64,000 nucleotides of DNA from Mesotaenium endlicherianum (lineage: Eukaryota): NCBI GenBank assembly GCA_009602735.1, contig WELA01001035.1, positions 468,961-532,960 of the forward strand. Reading direction: 5' to 3'. Position numbers and translations under genes: made by a program. Position 1 is the first letter of the stretch. Each line of letters begins with the position of its first letter. The notes under the pieces are model-generated. The model had not been told where the DNA came from. It ran no database searches and saw only the letters and a list, made by a program, of their open reading frames with translations. Below are positions 42,008-51,984 of this stretch, piece by piece.

Positions 42008-45000
42008 TCCAGTCTACTGACTGTGAGGATGCTAGAGATAGTGAGTCGTCACTAGCTGCCCTCGTAGCAGGTATTATGGGTCCTGCTGAACTGGATTCAC
42101 TATGCATGCCTGACAACCAGATAAAGGAGACCATCAGCAATATAGACGTCCAGAGAGTGCACACTCTGGATGCTCTTGTTCCACCTGATGTCCAACATTT
42201 CTTTGCTACGTCAGGAGAACAATGCGAAAGTCAGGAAAAGACAGTCCCCCCTATCCTACTGCATTGCATGATTGCAGGTAGGAAGGTGAGGGCATTTGTT
42301 GACGGAGGGGCGTCACATACTTTTATCCACAAGGACTTAGTTAAGCGGCTAAGGCTGCCTACTGTCACCCAAGGGAATAGAAAAATATTCCTTGGAGATG
42401 CCTCAAGTATCCCGGGAGGAGTTATAACCAAGCCTATTGAGGTCCAGTTAGGTTCTGGCATTGCAGTTCTAACTGAAACGCTTACATTTGAGGTACTCAA
42501 CACTGGCTTTTATGATCTCGTGCTAGGCAGGTCCTGGCTTAATAGACATCAAGCTGAAGTGTGTTGGAGCAGAGGTACAGTTAAAGTGAGAGGAGCCAGT
42601 GATGGGCAGACTGACTTGGCACCCACCAGTGCTCTTCCTCTTGTCCTGTGTGGATGGCAAATGAAGGAAAAGAAGAGGCTTCCAGAAGGATGCAAGTTGC
42701 TGAATGCAATGGAGTTCGTCAAAAGCTGGAACCAGAAGGAAGACAGAATGTTCTGTCTGCTGCTAAGAGAGGTACCTCCTCAACCTGAAGAAGTGGTTGA
42801 GAAAAAGGTACACCCTCCGGAACACCCTACTGCTGCAAACATTGTTGCTCAGTACACGGATGTGTTTAATATGCCTCCAGGACTACCCCCTAAGCGGGAA
42901 GTAGATCATAGGATTGATTTATTACCTGGTAGCCAGCCACCCTGGCAACGCACGTATGGCTTGTCTTATTTGGAGAGTGAGGAGTTGAAAACACAGATTG
43001 CAGAGCTGGAGGAAAATGGTTACATTTCTCCCAGTAAATCACCGTACGGCGCACCTATCCTATTTGTTAAGAAAAAGGATGGCAGTATGCGGATGTGTGT
43101 GGATTACAGAGCCCTGAACAGAATTACAGTAAAGAACAAGTATGCTTTACCCAGAATCGAGGACTTGCTTGATACCCTGTCTGGCGCTAAGGTGTTCAGT
43201 AAGATAGATCTCAAGAGTGGTTATCATCAAATCAGAATTGCTGAGGGGGATGAACACAAGACTGCTTTCCGCACACGTTATGGACACTATGAGTTCAACG
43301 TGATGCCATTTGGACTGACTAATGCTCCTGCTACCTTTATGGGTGCTATGAATGACATTTTCAGACCTTATTTGGATAAGTTTGTGCAAGTTTTCCTGGA
43401 TGATATTTTAATTTTCTCTAAAGATGAAGCTCAGCACACTGAACACTTAAAGAAAGTGCTGGACACTCTGCGGAAAAATCACTTGTATGCTAAGATGAGC
43501 AAGTGTGATTTCTTTAAAGAAAGTATTGAATTCTTAGGCCACGTTGTCAGTAAAGAGGGCATCAGTGTGGATCCTAAGAAAGTCCAGACCATAAGGGACT
43601 GGCCAGTACCACAGTCTGTCTCTGAAGTTAGATCCTTCCTCGGGTTGGCTAACTACTATAGGAGATTTATTGTGAAGTATTCCACAAAGGTCAGTAAACT
43701 GACTGACCTTACTAAGAAAGACATTGGGTATGTGTGGGGGGAAGAGCAGCAGGCTGCCTTCCAGACCCTTAAAGATGCCCTTTGTTCTGCCCCAGTGCTA
43801 GCCGTGTATGACCCCAGCAAACCGGTGCAGGTGGTTACTGATGCCTCTGATTTTGCCATGGGTGCTATTTTGTTGCAGCCTGCTGACAAAACCACAAAGG
43901 ATGGTAAGGTACGGCAGGAGTGGCATCCTGTGTTGTATGAGTCTATGAAATTTAATCCAGCGGAGATTAATTACTCAGTGCATGATAAAGAGCTGCTAGC
44001 TATCATTCATGTACTCAAACAGTGGAGAGCATACTTACATGGTAAAGCTTTTAAGGTGATTACAGATCATCTAGCTCTGACCCACTTTCAGAAGAAGTCC
44101 AAGCTGTCGAGGAGGGAGAACCGCTGGAGCCAGATGCTGGAGCAGTTCCAAGTCCAGATCGACTACAAACCAGGGAAGTTGAATCCTGCTGATGCACTCT
44201 CTAGAAGACCTGACTTGCAAGAAAGGAACTTTAGTCAGCATGCTGTAGATAAAGTCCTGTGTGCACTCACTTCACTAAAGGTGAAAAAGTCCTTCCTTGA
44301 ACAACTTAGGAAAGCCTACCTTTCTGACCCAACATTTGAGCCCAGCCCCACTACTGGTATGTGTCGTGCTACCGCACTCGGGTATAAGCTCAAGGGAGGG
44401 GTCTGGGTGACTGAAACCACTTCAGGCAGGCTGAAGCTGGTCATTCCTAATAATTTGGAAATAAGGTCTCTCTTACTGAGTCAAGCTCATGACAGTCTCC
44501 TGGGTGGACATTTGGGGCAGGCCAAAACTGTTGGCAAACTGGCAAAACATTATCATTGGGAGGGGTTACCCCGGGAGGTCTTGAAATATGTCAAGTCCTG
44601 TGACCAGTGTCAGAGAAATAAGTCTCGGCACACACCACCCGGAGGTCTCTTGCAACCGCTACCCATCCCAGCGGGACGCTGGGAAACTATATCCATGGAC
44701 TGGGTGGTCTCACTACCAAGAACTGCCAACGGGCATGATTCAATACTGGTAGTCGTGGATAAACTGACAAAAATGGTCATTTTTATCCCCACAACTGTCA
44801 AAGTGACTGCACTCGAAACAGCGAGACAGTTTTACAACCATGTAGTATGCCAACATGGGCTCCCTTCTAATATCATCTCAGACAGAGACTCAAAATTCAC
44901 CTCTAAGTTCTGGAGAGCTTTAATGGGGTTAATGGGAGTCAAACAGCTGCTCAGCACAGCAAACCACCCTCAGACTGATGGGCAGACTGAAAGAACTAAC

Positions 45001-45792
45001 CGAGTTCTGCAGGAGGTGCTGAGAGCATATATTAACCAAAAACAAGATAATTGGGATGACCTGTTGCCTCAAATTCAGTTTGCGGTCAACAGTGCGGTGC
45101 ACGCGTCAACGGGCAAAACTCCTTTTGAACTCAGCCTGGGTAGAGTCCCTAAGTCTCCTCTAGATGTGCTAGGGGAATCTTTAACTCACCCTGAAGGGAT
45201 TGACAACCCGGTCTCCCTCCAGTTAACTCAGGAGTTTGCTGACACCCTGTCAGAAGTCCAACGAAACTTGCACACGGCCCAAGAAAACCAACAAAAATAC
45301 GCTAATCAACACCGTCGGGAACTGACATTTTCCAAGGGGGATTTAGTCAAACTGCATTCTCAGCACCTGTACCTCCCTGGTGTGGTCAAGAAAAAGCTTG
45401 GCCCTGTCTGGGTCGGTCCATATTCGGTGGTCCGTCGTGTCGGTCAGAATGCTTACAAACTGAACATGTCAGCTGAATACAAGGGGCACCCGGTCTTTAA
45501 TGTCTCCTTCCTGGAACCGTACATCAAAGGTGATACACTGTTCACAGGTCGGTTCCCTGTCCAACCGGGACCGGTCCCCGCTGTCCGGGACGGCGACCCT
45601 GAGGAATATGAGGTCGATGAGATTTTAGACGCTCGCTCGGTCCGTCGATCGTCTAAATATGTCATGAAATACCTCATTCGATGGAAGGGTTACGATGCCT
45701 CTGGGGACACTTGGGAGTTTAAGGACCACTTGACCAATGCCAAAGGGGCGTTGACACGGTTCCACCTTCGGGCCGCTGGAGTCCCTCCATAA
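41962..45792 (+). CDS. pol: Pol polyprotein: protease, reverse transcriptase, RNase H, integrase, chromodomain
   Basis: FVDGGAS (PR), [29 protein letters not shown] (RT), [17 protein letters not shown] (RH), HHCC plus DDE integrase, WVGPY (GPY/F), and chromodomain EEYEVDEIL...[16 protein letters not shown]. First ATG at 42076, but the frame is open from 41962. Confidence 0.97.
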   Translation, partial: GREKRPAFKRQQQSVIQSTDCEDARDSESSLAALVAGIMGPAELDSLCMPDNQIKETISNIDVQRVHTLDALVPPDVQHFFATSGEQCESQEKTVPPILLHCMIAGRKVRAFVDGGASHTFIHKDLVKRLRLPTVTQGNRKIFLGDASSIPGGVITKPIEVQLGSGIAVLTETLTFEVLNTGFYDLVLGRSWLNRHQAEVCWSRGTVKVRGASDGQTDLAPTSALPLVLCGWQMKEKKRLPEGCKLLNAMEFVKSWNQKEDRMFCLLLREVPPQPEEVVEKKVHPPEHPTAANIVAQYTDVFNMPPGLPPKREVDHRIDLLPGSQPPWQRTYGLSYLESEELKTQIAELEENGYISPSKSPYGAPILFVKKKDGSMRMCVDYRALNRITVKNKYALPRIEDLLDTLSGAKVFSKIDLKSGYHQIRIAEGDEHKTAFRTRYGHYEFNVMPFGLTNAPATFMGAMNDIFRPYLDKFVQVFLDDILIFSKDEAQHTEHLKKVLDTLRKNHLYAKMSKCDFFKESIEFLGHVVSKEGISVDPKKVQTIRDWPVPQSVSEVRSFLGLANYYRRFIVKYSTKVSKLTDLTKKDIGYVWGEEQQAAFQTLKDALCSAPVLAVYDPSKPVQVVTDASDFAMGAILLQPADKTTKDGKVRQEWHPVLYESMKFNPAEINYSVHDKELLAIIHVLKQWRAYLHGKAFKVITDHLALTHFQKKSKLSRRENRWSQMLEQFQVQIDYKPGKLNPADALSRRPDLQERNFSQHAVDKVLCALTSLKVKKSFLEQLRKAYLSDPTFEPSPTTGMCRATALGYKLKGGVWVTETTSGRLKLVIPNNLEIRSLLLSQAHDSLLGGHLGQAKTVGKLAKHYHWEGLPREVLKYVKSCDQCQRNKSRHTPPGGLLQPLPIPAGRWETISMDWVVSLPRTANGHDSILVVVDKLTKMVIFIPTTVKVTALETARQFYNHVVCQHGLPSNIISDRDSKFTSKFWRALMGLMGVKQLLSTANHPQTDGQTERTNRVLQEVLRAYINQKQDNWDDLLPQIQFAVNSAVHASTGKTPFELSLGRVPKSPLDVLGESLTHPEGIDNPVSLQLTQEFADTLSEVQRNLHTAQENQQKYANQHRRELTFSKGDLVKLHSQHLYLPGVVKKKLGPVWVGPYSVVRRVGQNAYKLNMSAEYKGHPVFNVSFLEPYIKGDTLFTGRFPVQPGPVPAVRDGDPEEYEVDEILDARSVRRSSKYVMKYLIRWKGYDASGDTWEFKDHLTNAKGALTRFHLRAAGVPP
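41983..42024 (+). promoter_or_regulatory. Putative -1 programmed ribosomal frameshift signal (gag to pol)
   Basis: In-frame slippery heptamer T TTA AAA (41983-41989), 7-nt spacer, then a perfect 10-bp stem ACAGTCAGTA/TACTGACTGT (41997-42024). The pol frame (-1) is open from 41962. Confidence 0.8.
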
Positions 45793-46059
45793 CTGTCATT
45801 TCAGTTGACACGGGAAGGTGACAGGCGGTCCTGTCTCCATTTAAGTTGGAGGGGAAAATATATGACAGTTAGTGAGCGAGAGCGATAAAAACACACTCAT
45901 ACGTTTATGTGTAGCGCATCGCAACTACGTCAACTTTTAGCAATCATCCTGTAAGGTAAACAGCAGCGAAGCCACTATACTAAATACTAACATACTTCCT
46001 GCAATCCCTATGACAAAGGTCCATATCCTACTAACTTGTGCCCTGGTTACATGTGCAGG

Positions 46060-47736
46060 ATGGCGCCCACCACACAAAAGGAGGACAGAAAGCGCAAGGC
46101 AGAAGAAGCCAGGAGGACAATGGAGCAATACCAGAAGGAGCTGGCGGCGACGTCCCTCACCAGGAGAGAACAAGAAAGGGTCCGCAAACAACAAGAGGCG
46201 GCAGAAGAGGCACAGAGGAAGAAGGATCAGGAAGCGGAAAACCTCAGGAAGGCTGAGGAGGAGAGACAGAAGAAACAGCAAGAAGAAGCGGCAGCGGCAG
46301 AAGAGGAGAAAAGAAAAAAGATTGAAGCGGACAGACAGAAGAGCTTGGCCACTTACAGGTATACTGTGGTGGGTGGCCAAAACTTCGATAACCTGAAGGA
46401 AGCATTGCTGGCAGCCCAGGAGATCAACAGGCTGGAACAGACAACACTGCTACAGAAGGAAGGAGCTACAGCACTGGACAGGTACATCGAGACACACACC
46501 GGCGTGGTCCTTTACGAAGATTATGCTAAGATGGTGGGCTATACAGCAGAGCAGGCCCGGTATCTCGCAGATGATTCAGAGGACAAGCCGGTCCCCATAC
46601 CGGGAATAGTGGGAGATCAGAGACTCATCCGGATGGTGAGCATGCGGCCCGATAGCTTTAAGGATACGGTATTCTACCTCACACTCCTGCCAGCTTACAA
46701 TGAAGTTGAGAGAAGGAGCTGGGAGTACTTGGCCAGGGAAGCAGGACAGCAGATGTTCTCTCCCCACTGGTTCCCGTGTAAACTGAGGAAGGCTGAGCAC
46801 GGACCCCAGTACTACCAGCAGCCAACAGACTGGAGGTGGATGACCGTCACAAATAAGAAGCAGGAGTGTGACCGAGCCCAACCGGATGACTTCCACTATG
46901 GCCTAGACGGCTATCTCATCCTACCACCTCACATTGCCCCTTGGGACCCCAGGCTGAATGGATGCCTGAGCAATATGAATGCAGAGACCAAGGAACATAG
47001 GAGGAGGGGAAGAGACTACTTCTCTAAGGGAAAGCATGCCTTTGTCAAATGGGCAAAGAATGCAGGCCGGATAGATATCAGTAGGCTGAAGGCCAAGCAA
47101 CCTCCAGCGCGCCCTAAGAAAGGGAGGTCGGTAGACTACTCCATGTCTACTAGGGAGCAGGACGACTTAGTGGACGAGACCCCTACTCTCTCCGAGGAGG
47201 AGGATGAGGAGGATGAGGAAGAAGAACAAGGCAGAGGAGAAGCATCAGCAGCAGGTACTCAGGATACCCAGGGACAGGCAGTGGCACTTCCTAAAGAACC
47301 ACGATCAGGTGTGTGGAATGTGATCCCCGTTATGGCGACAACTGGACCCCGCGCTCGCTCCCCCAGCCCACCTGCCCAAGCAGGGGAAGAAGCTGATCTG
47401 ACTGTATTGGGCAGCAGACACAGGCAGAAATCCCCAGAGGACAGGGGTGCCAGAAGAGGGACACGCGGGTGGGCCAGAGGTATGCCAGCCTCCCCCTCCG
47501 CTCAGGGGCATGTACCTCTAGCCAATGTATTTCAGCATCCTACTGGAATGCCTGTCTATGTGGGCATCAACACCCAAGTGGTTGAAGAGCAGGCTACCAT
47601 CCTTCGTTCTCCTCGAGGTCCAACTTTAGAGCAAACAGGGTTCTTTAGAAGGCCAGCTGACAGACCTAGAGGGCTGTCCAGATCTAGGTCCAGATCTCCG
47701 TCCCCTGATCCTGAAGCCCCAGGAACCACCCCTTAA
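46060..47736 (+). CDS. ORF3, an uncharacterised accessory protein (~558 aa) between pol and the 3' LTR
   Basis: Long intact ORF in copy A with homologues in B and C. E/K/R/Q coiled-coil N-terminus, aromatic-rich conserved core, acidic/RS-rich disordered tail. Confidence 0.85.
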   Translation: MAPTTQKEDRKRKAEEARRTMEQYQKELAATSLTRREQERVRKQQEAAEEAQRKKDQEAENLRKAEEERQKKQQEEAAAAEEEKRKKIEADRQKSLATYRYTVVGGQNFDNLKEALLAAQEINRLEQTTLLQKEGATALDRYIETHTGVVLYEDYAKMVGYTAEQARYLADDSEDKPVPIPGIVGDQRLIRMVSMRPDSFKDTVFYLTLLPAYNEVERRSWEYLAREAGQQMFSPHWFPCKLRKAEHGPQYYQQPTDWRWMTVTNKKQECDRAQPDDFHYGLDGYLILPPHIAPWDPRLNGCLSNMNAETKEHRRRGRDYFSKGKHAFVKWAKNAGRIDISRLKAKQPPARPKKGRSVDYSMSTREQDDLVDETPTLSEEEDEEDEEEEQGRGEASAAGTQDTQGQAVALPKEPRSGVWNVIPVMATTGPRARSPSPPAQAGEEADLTVLGSRHRQKSPEDRGARRGTRGWARGMPASPSAQGHVPLANVFQHPTGMPVYVGINTQVVEEQATILRSPRGPTLEQTGFFRRPADRPRGLSRSRSRSPSPDPEAPGTTP

Positions 47737-49839
47737 GGTGACAGGCTGAAAAGATAGTCAGTAAGGGAGGCTGGTCAGGGTCAGTTTCTTTATTTAAAGC
47801 TTTTGCAGTTTAATGTTGTCGAGGCGACAACAAGTTAAGTTGGAGGGATTGTAATGAATCAGTATATTAGTAGATATAATATTCATTTAAATATAATAGT
47901 TAATTTAGTTCAGCCTGCTGAACTTTAGTTAGTAGTCAGCCTGCTGAACTTTAGTTAATAATCAGTCTGCTGGACTTTACATAATTATCAGTTTAATGAC
48001 TCGGCCAAAAGCAGCAGGCTGAAGTCAACTTAAGTCAGCTTGCTGACACATTCTTTGACAGCCAGCTGACTTCCGTACTCGGTAGCAGCGAACTGCCTTG
48101 ATATGCATCTAAGTGCGATATGCTAGATGAATAGCCAGATGACATCCCTATGATGGATGGCTATTCGGGATGATGGGAGATGGCGGTGGATTTGGTTAAC
48201 CGAGGTCCTACCAACGTGGTTAACTCCCGGGTAGGCGGTGCCATCGCACTGACCGTTGAACAGTAAACTCATTCCATGTACATACGCTAGGCATTGCTCT
48301 CGAGTTCGGCATTCGGAAACGAGGCCAACTCTCTTGTACAGCTTACTGAGAGAGATCTGAATCCAAGGCGAGAAGCCATTGATACGCACTGTCTTCTAAC
48401 CTTGCTTATGTATGAGTTTACTGATTTGCATTATTGATGCTAGTTTACTCTCATTTGACTGACGAGTAGTATTCCCTGCTAGTGTATTGTCCTTTGCCGT
48501 TTAACGAGTTAACGGAAATACCATAAAGATTACTTGCTGATATAAAGATCTTTATTAATTGTTAATCGCCTATTTGGTAAGTCGATTCATTTCAACAGCA
48601 AACCACCCTCAGACTGATGGGCAGACTGAAAGAAATAATCGAGTTCTTGCAAGAGGTGCTGAGAGCATATATTAACCAAAAACAAGATAATTGGGATGAC
48701 CTGTTGCCTCAAATTCAGTTTGCGGTCAACAGTGCGGTGCACGCGTCAACGGGCAAGACTCCTTTTGAACTCAGTCTGGGTAGAGTCCCTAAGTCTCCTT
48801 TAGATGTACTAGGGGAGTCTTTCATTCACCCTGAGGGAATTGACAATCCGGTGTCTCTCCATTTAACTCAGGAATTCGCAAACACCCTGTCAGAAGTCCA
48901 ACACAATTTGCACAAAGCCCAGGAAAATCAACAAAAATACGCTAATCAACACCGTCGGGAGCTGACATTTTCAAAGGGCGATTTGGTCAAACTGCATTTT
49001 CATCACCTGTACCTATTTGGTGTGGTCAAGAAAATGCTTGGTCCGGTCTGGGTCGGTCCATATTCGGTGGTGCGCTGTGTTGGTCAAAATGCTTACAAAT
49101 TGAATACAAGGGTCCTTCCTGGAATCATACATCAAAGGTGACACACTGTTCACAGGTCGGTTACCTGTCCAACTGGGTCCGGTCCCCGCTCTCCGAGAAG
49201 GTGACCCTGAGGAATATGAGGTTGATGAGATTTTAGAAGCTCGCTTTGTCCGTTGATCCTCTAAATATGTCATGAAATATCTGGTCAGATGGAAGGATTA
49301 CGATGCCTCTGGGGACACCTGTGAATATAAGGACCATTTGACCAATGCCAACTAGGCGTTGAAACGATTTTACCTTCGGGAGGTTGGGATACCTCGTTAA
49401 CTGCCATTTTAGTTAACATGGGAAGGTATGTGACAGGACGTCCTGTCTCCATTAAGTTGGAGGGGAAATTTGGCCAAACGTGGCCTAAAGTGACAGTTAG
49501 TGACAGATGTCAGAAAGTGACAGTAGTCGACTGTGAGAGACAATTGTGACAGGCAGCCCAGTAACAGTTGAAACAGGCAACCCACCTTAAACTTGAAGTT
49601 GGAGGGAGTGGGATAAACATCTCAAAAACTAGCCGGTTACCGATTGCCGTTGCATATTCATCCTTGACACTCAACTACGCTCACACTCACTTCCCTCTCA
49701 AGCACACTCGCACTTCCAATTTACTTACACCCGGTATTGCATGCCCTAACCCCCTCTACTACGTTCTTCCCTGTCAAAGTACTCAATCTTGTGCATGATG
49801 TCATGACTACACTAACTCCATTGTGGTGTGAGTGAGCAA

Positions 49840-51512
49840 GATGACTCAATTGTCTAAACTCAAGAGGAAAAGAAGGGCGGACAAGGCACAGGCGGAGTAT
49901 AAGGAGTTCCATGGCGACATCAAATCATCCTCCATCTCTTCTTGAGAATTAGAGCGACTCCGACTACAGCGGGAGGCTCAGAAGAGGAAGGAGGATGAAG
50001 AACAAGCCAGACTGAGACAAGAGGAGCAGGATAGAAATGTTGCAGAGGACGCCAAGAAGGCGGAGGAACAAAGGTTGGCTGAGGAGAGGCAGAAGCGGCA
50101 GGCTGAGGAGGAACAGAGGAGAATCAAAAGCTACCGTTACACGGTGATGGGCAAGAGCTTTGATCTTTTGGAGGAGGCCTTCAAGTACGCCCAAAGGAAC
50201 CAAAGTGACTCACAGATGGACATACTGCAGCGGGAATGGGAGACAGCCCAAGGTTTTGACAAGTACATAGAAGTCAGTACAGGGCTTCTACTGTACCATG
50301 ACTATGCCAGGATGGTGGAATTTACGATCCGGGAGGCCAAAGCATTGGCCCAGATTGGTGAATCTGAAACGGTGCCAATACCTAGGATCTGGGACAAAGG
50401 CAGGGTCTTCAGGTTGATCCCTATGCATACAGACAGCTTCAAGGATGCCACTTTCCACAACCGGTTCAAGGCCATGCATAACGAGGTGGGGAGAAGAAGC
50501 TGGGAGTTTTTGGCAAGGGAGATCAGCCAATTGGATTTCTCAGGTCACCGGTACCCCTGTACTTTGAAGAGGTCGGATTCTGCTTTCTTTCTACAGCCCA
50601 CTGACTGGCGCTGGATGACCATCACTATGAAGGACCAGCAAAATGACAGAGCCGAGGAAGACAATTTTCTGGCAGATCTGCTGGGGAAGATAGTGCTGCC
50701 ACCTCACATTGCAGCATGGGACCCAAGGCTGAATGGAGTCAGGGATTGCATGAGTCAGGAGACACAGGAGGATAGGACCACGGCTAGAGATTCTTTCTCT
50801 GAGGGGAAGCAAGCTTATGCCAAATTGGCAAGTAAGCAAGGGGAGAAAAGACCTGTATGCTGTCAGGTACCAGCAACCCCCACCTGCACCCAAAAGGGGG
50901 AGGTGCGTGGAATACTTCTTTTCTCGGGAACGGCTGGAGGAGATGACCAAAGAGACTCCAGACGTCTCAGAGAAACAAGAGGACAAAGAGGAGGAAGGCG
51001 CCGGAGAGGAGGCTAGTCCTGTTGAGGCACAGACCCCTGCTACATCCCCCGCTCTACAGCAGACTGGAAGTGCCGTTGCACAAGCAGCCCTGCAGCAGCT
51101 GGGGGATACCAGCCCACCAAGAGATCCAAATCTCCAGTGGCTGGAGAGTTTCAGCAGGAAGAGTTTCACCCCAGGAGGTGAGACTCAGTCAGACAGAGCA
51201 GACAGAGGGGCTGCCAAGGAGGCAGCCAGAGGGCAACCAGCATCCCCCTCTCATAGAGGGCATGTAACCTTAGCCCATGTCATGCAGCACCCCTCCGGTA
51301 TGCCAGTGTATGTCCCTGTCAGTTTGAGAGCTGCACAGGAGAGAGAGCGGTCTCCATCAACTTGCAGACAGTGCAAGAGCAGGCTGCCCAACTGTTGCAT
51401 TCACCCCTTGGTTCACCCTGGTCTAAGCCTCCAGGTTTCAAGAGACCATCAGACAGGAGAAGGATCCGATTCCAGGTCTCACTCCCCAAAAGACCGAGCT
51501 CCTGGTACTTAG
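49840..51512 (+). pseudogene. Divergent ORF3 homologue of copy C (frameshifted)
   Basis: Shares YRYTVxG, NEVxRRSWExLARE, QPTDWRWMT, LPPHIAxWDPRLNG and QHPxGMPVYV with ORF3 of A and B. Confidence 0.8.
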
Positions 51513-51984
51513 TTTGCTGTTGTTTTTGTTTTAGATTTAGTTGGTTGTGTTGCATGTATGTTACTTTGTTGTAAATAAAAATAGAATTGTTGTCAAGTCA
51601 ACAACAATTTAAGTTGGAGGGACTGTAATGAATCAGTATATTGGATAGATATAATATTCATTTAGATATAATAGTTAAATAAGTTCAGCTTGCTGAACTT
51701 TAGTTAATATTTAGTCTGCTGTATTTAAGTCTGCTGGATATTTGGTACATACTTAAATGACTCAGACGAGAGTAGCAGGCCAAAGTCAAATAGGTCAACC
51801 TGCTGACTTGGATTAGCTTGCTGACGCATTCTTTCACAGTCAACTGGCTGCCGTACTCGGCAGCAGCAAACAGCGTAGGTATGCATCTAAGTGTGGTGTG
51901 CTAGATGAGTGGCCAGATGACTCCCTTATGGTTGATGGCAATTCAGGATGATGGGAGATGGCTGTGGGTTTGGTTAGCCAAGGT

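Larger units (their letters stand above)
39723..48594 (+). mobile_element. Ty3/gypsy chromovirus copy A (intact), inserted in the integrase of copy C
   Basis: LTRs 39723-40494 and 47850-48594 (TG...CA). TSD ACAGC at 39718-39722 and 48595-48599. PBS TGGTATCGGAGC at 40496-40507. PPT AAGTTGGAGGGAT at 47837-47849. Three uninterrupted ORFs. Confidence 0.97.
25652..51984 (+). mobile_element. Ty3/gypsy chromovirus copy C (oldest, decayed host of copies A and B; 3' LTR truncated)
   Basis: 5' LTR 25652-26370 followed by PBS. Internal pieces 26371-27312, 36224-39722 and 48595-51623 rejoin across the TSDs of B and A (gag, PR, RT, RH, INT, chromodomain, ORF3; many stops and frameshifts). The 3' LTR starts at 51624 and loses similarity at about 51984. 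No TSD can be recovered. Confidence 0.88.

Noticed and set aside
46060..47736. ORF3 as a retroviral-like envelope gene
   Set aside because: No signal peptide or transmembrane segment; the protein is highly charged.
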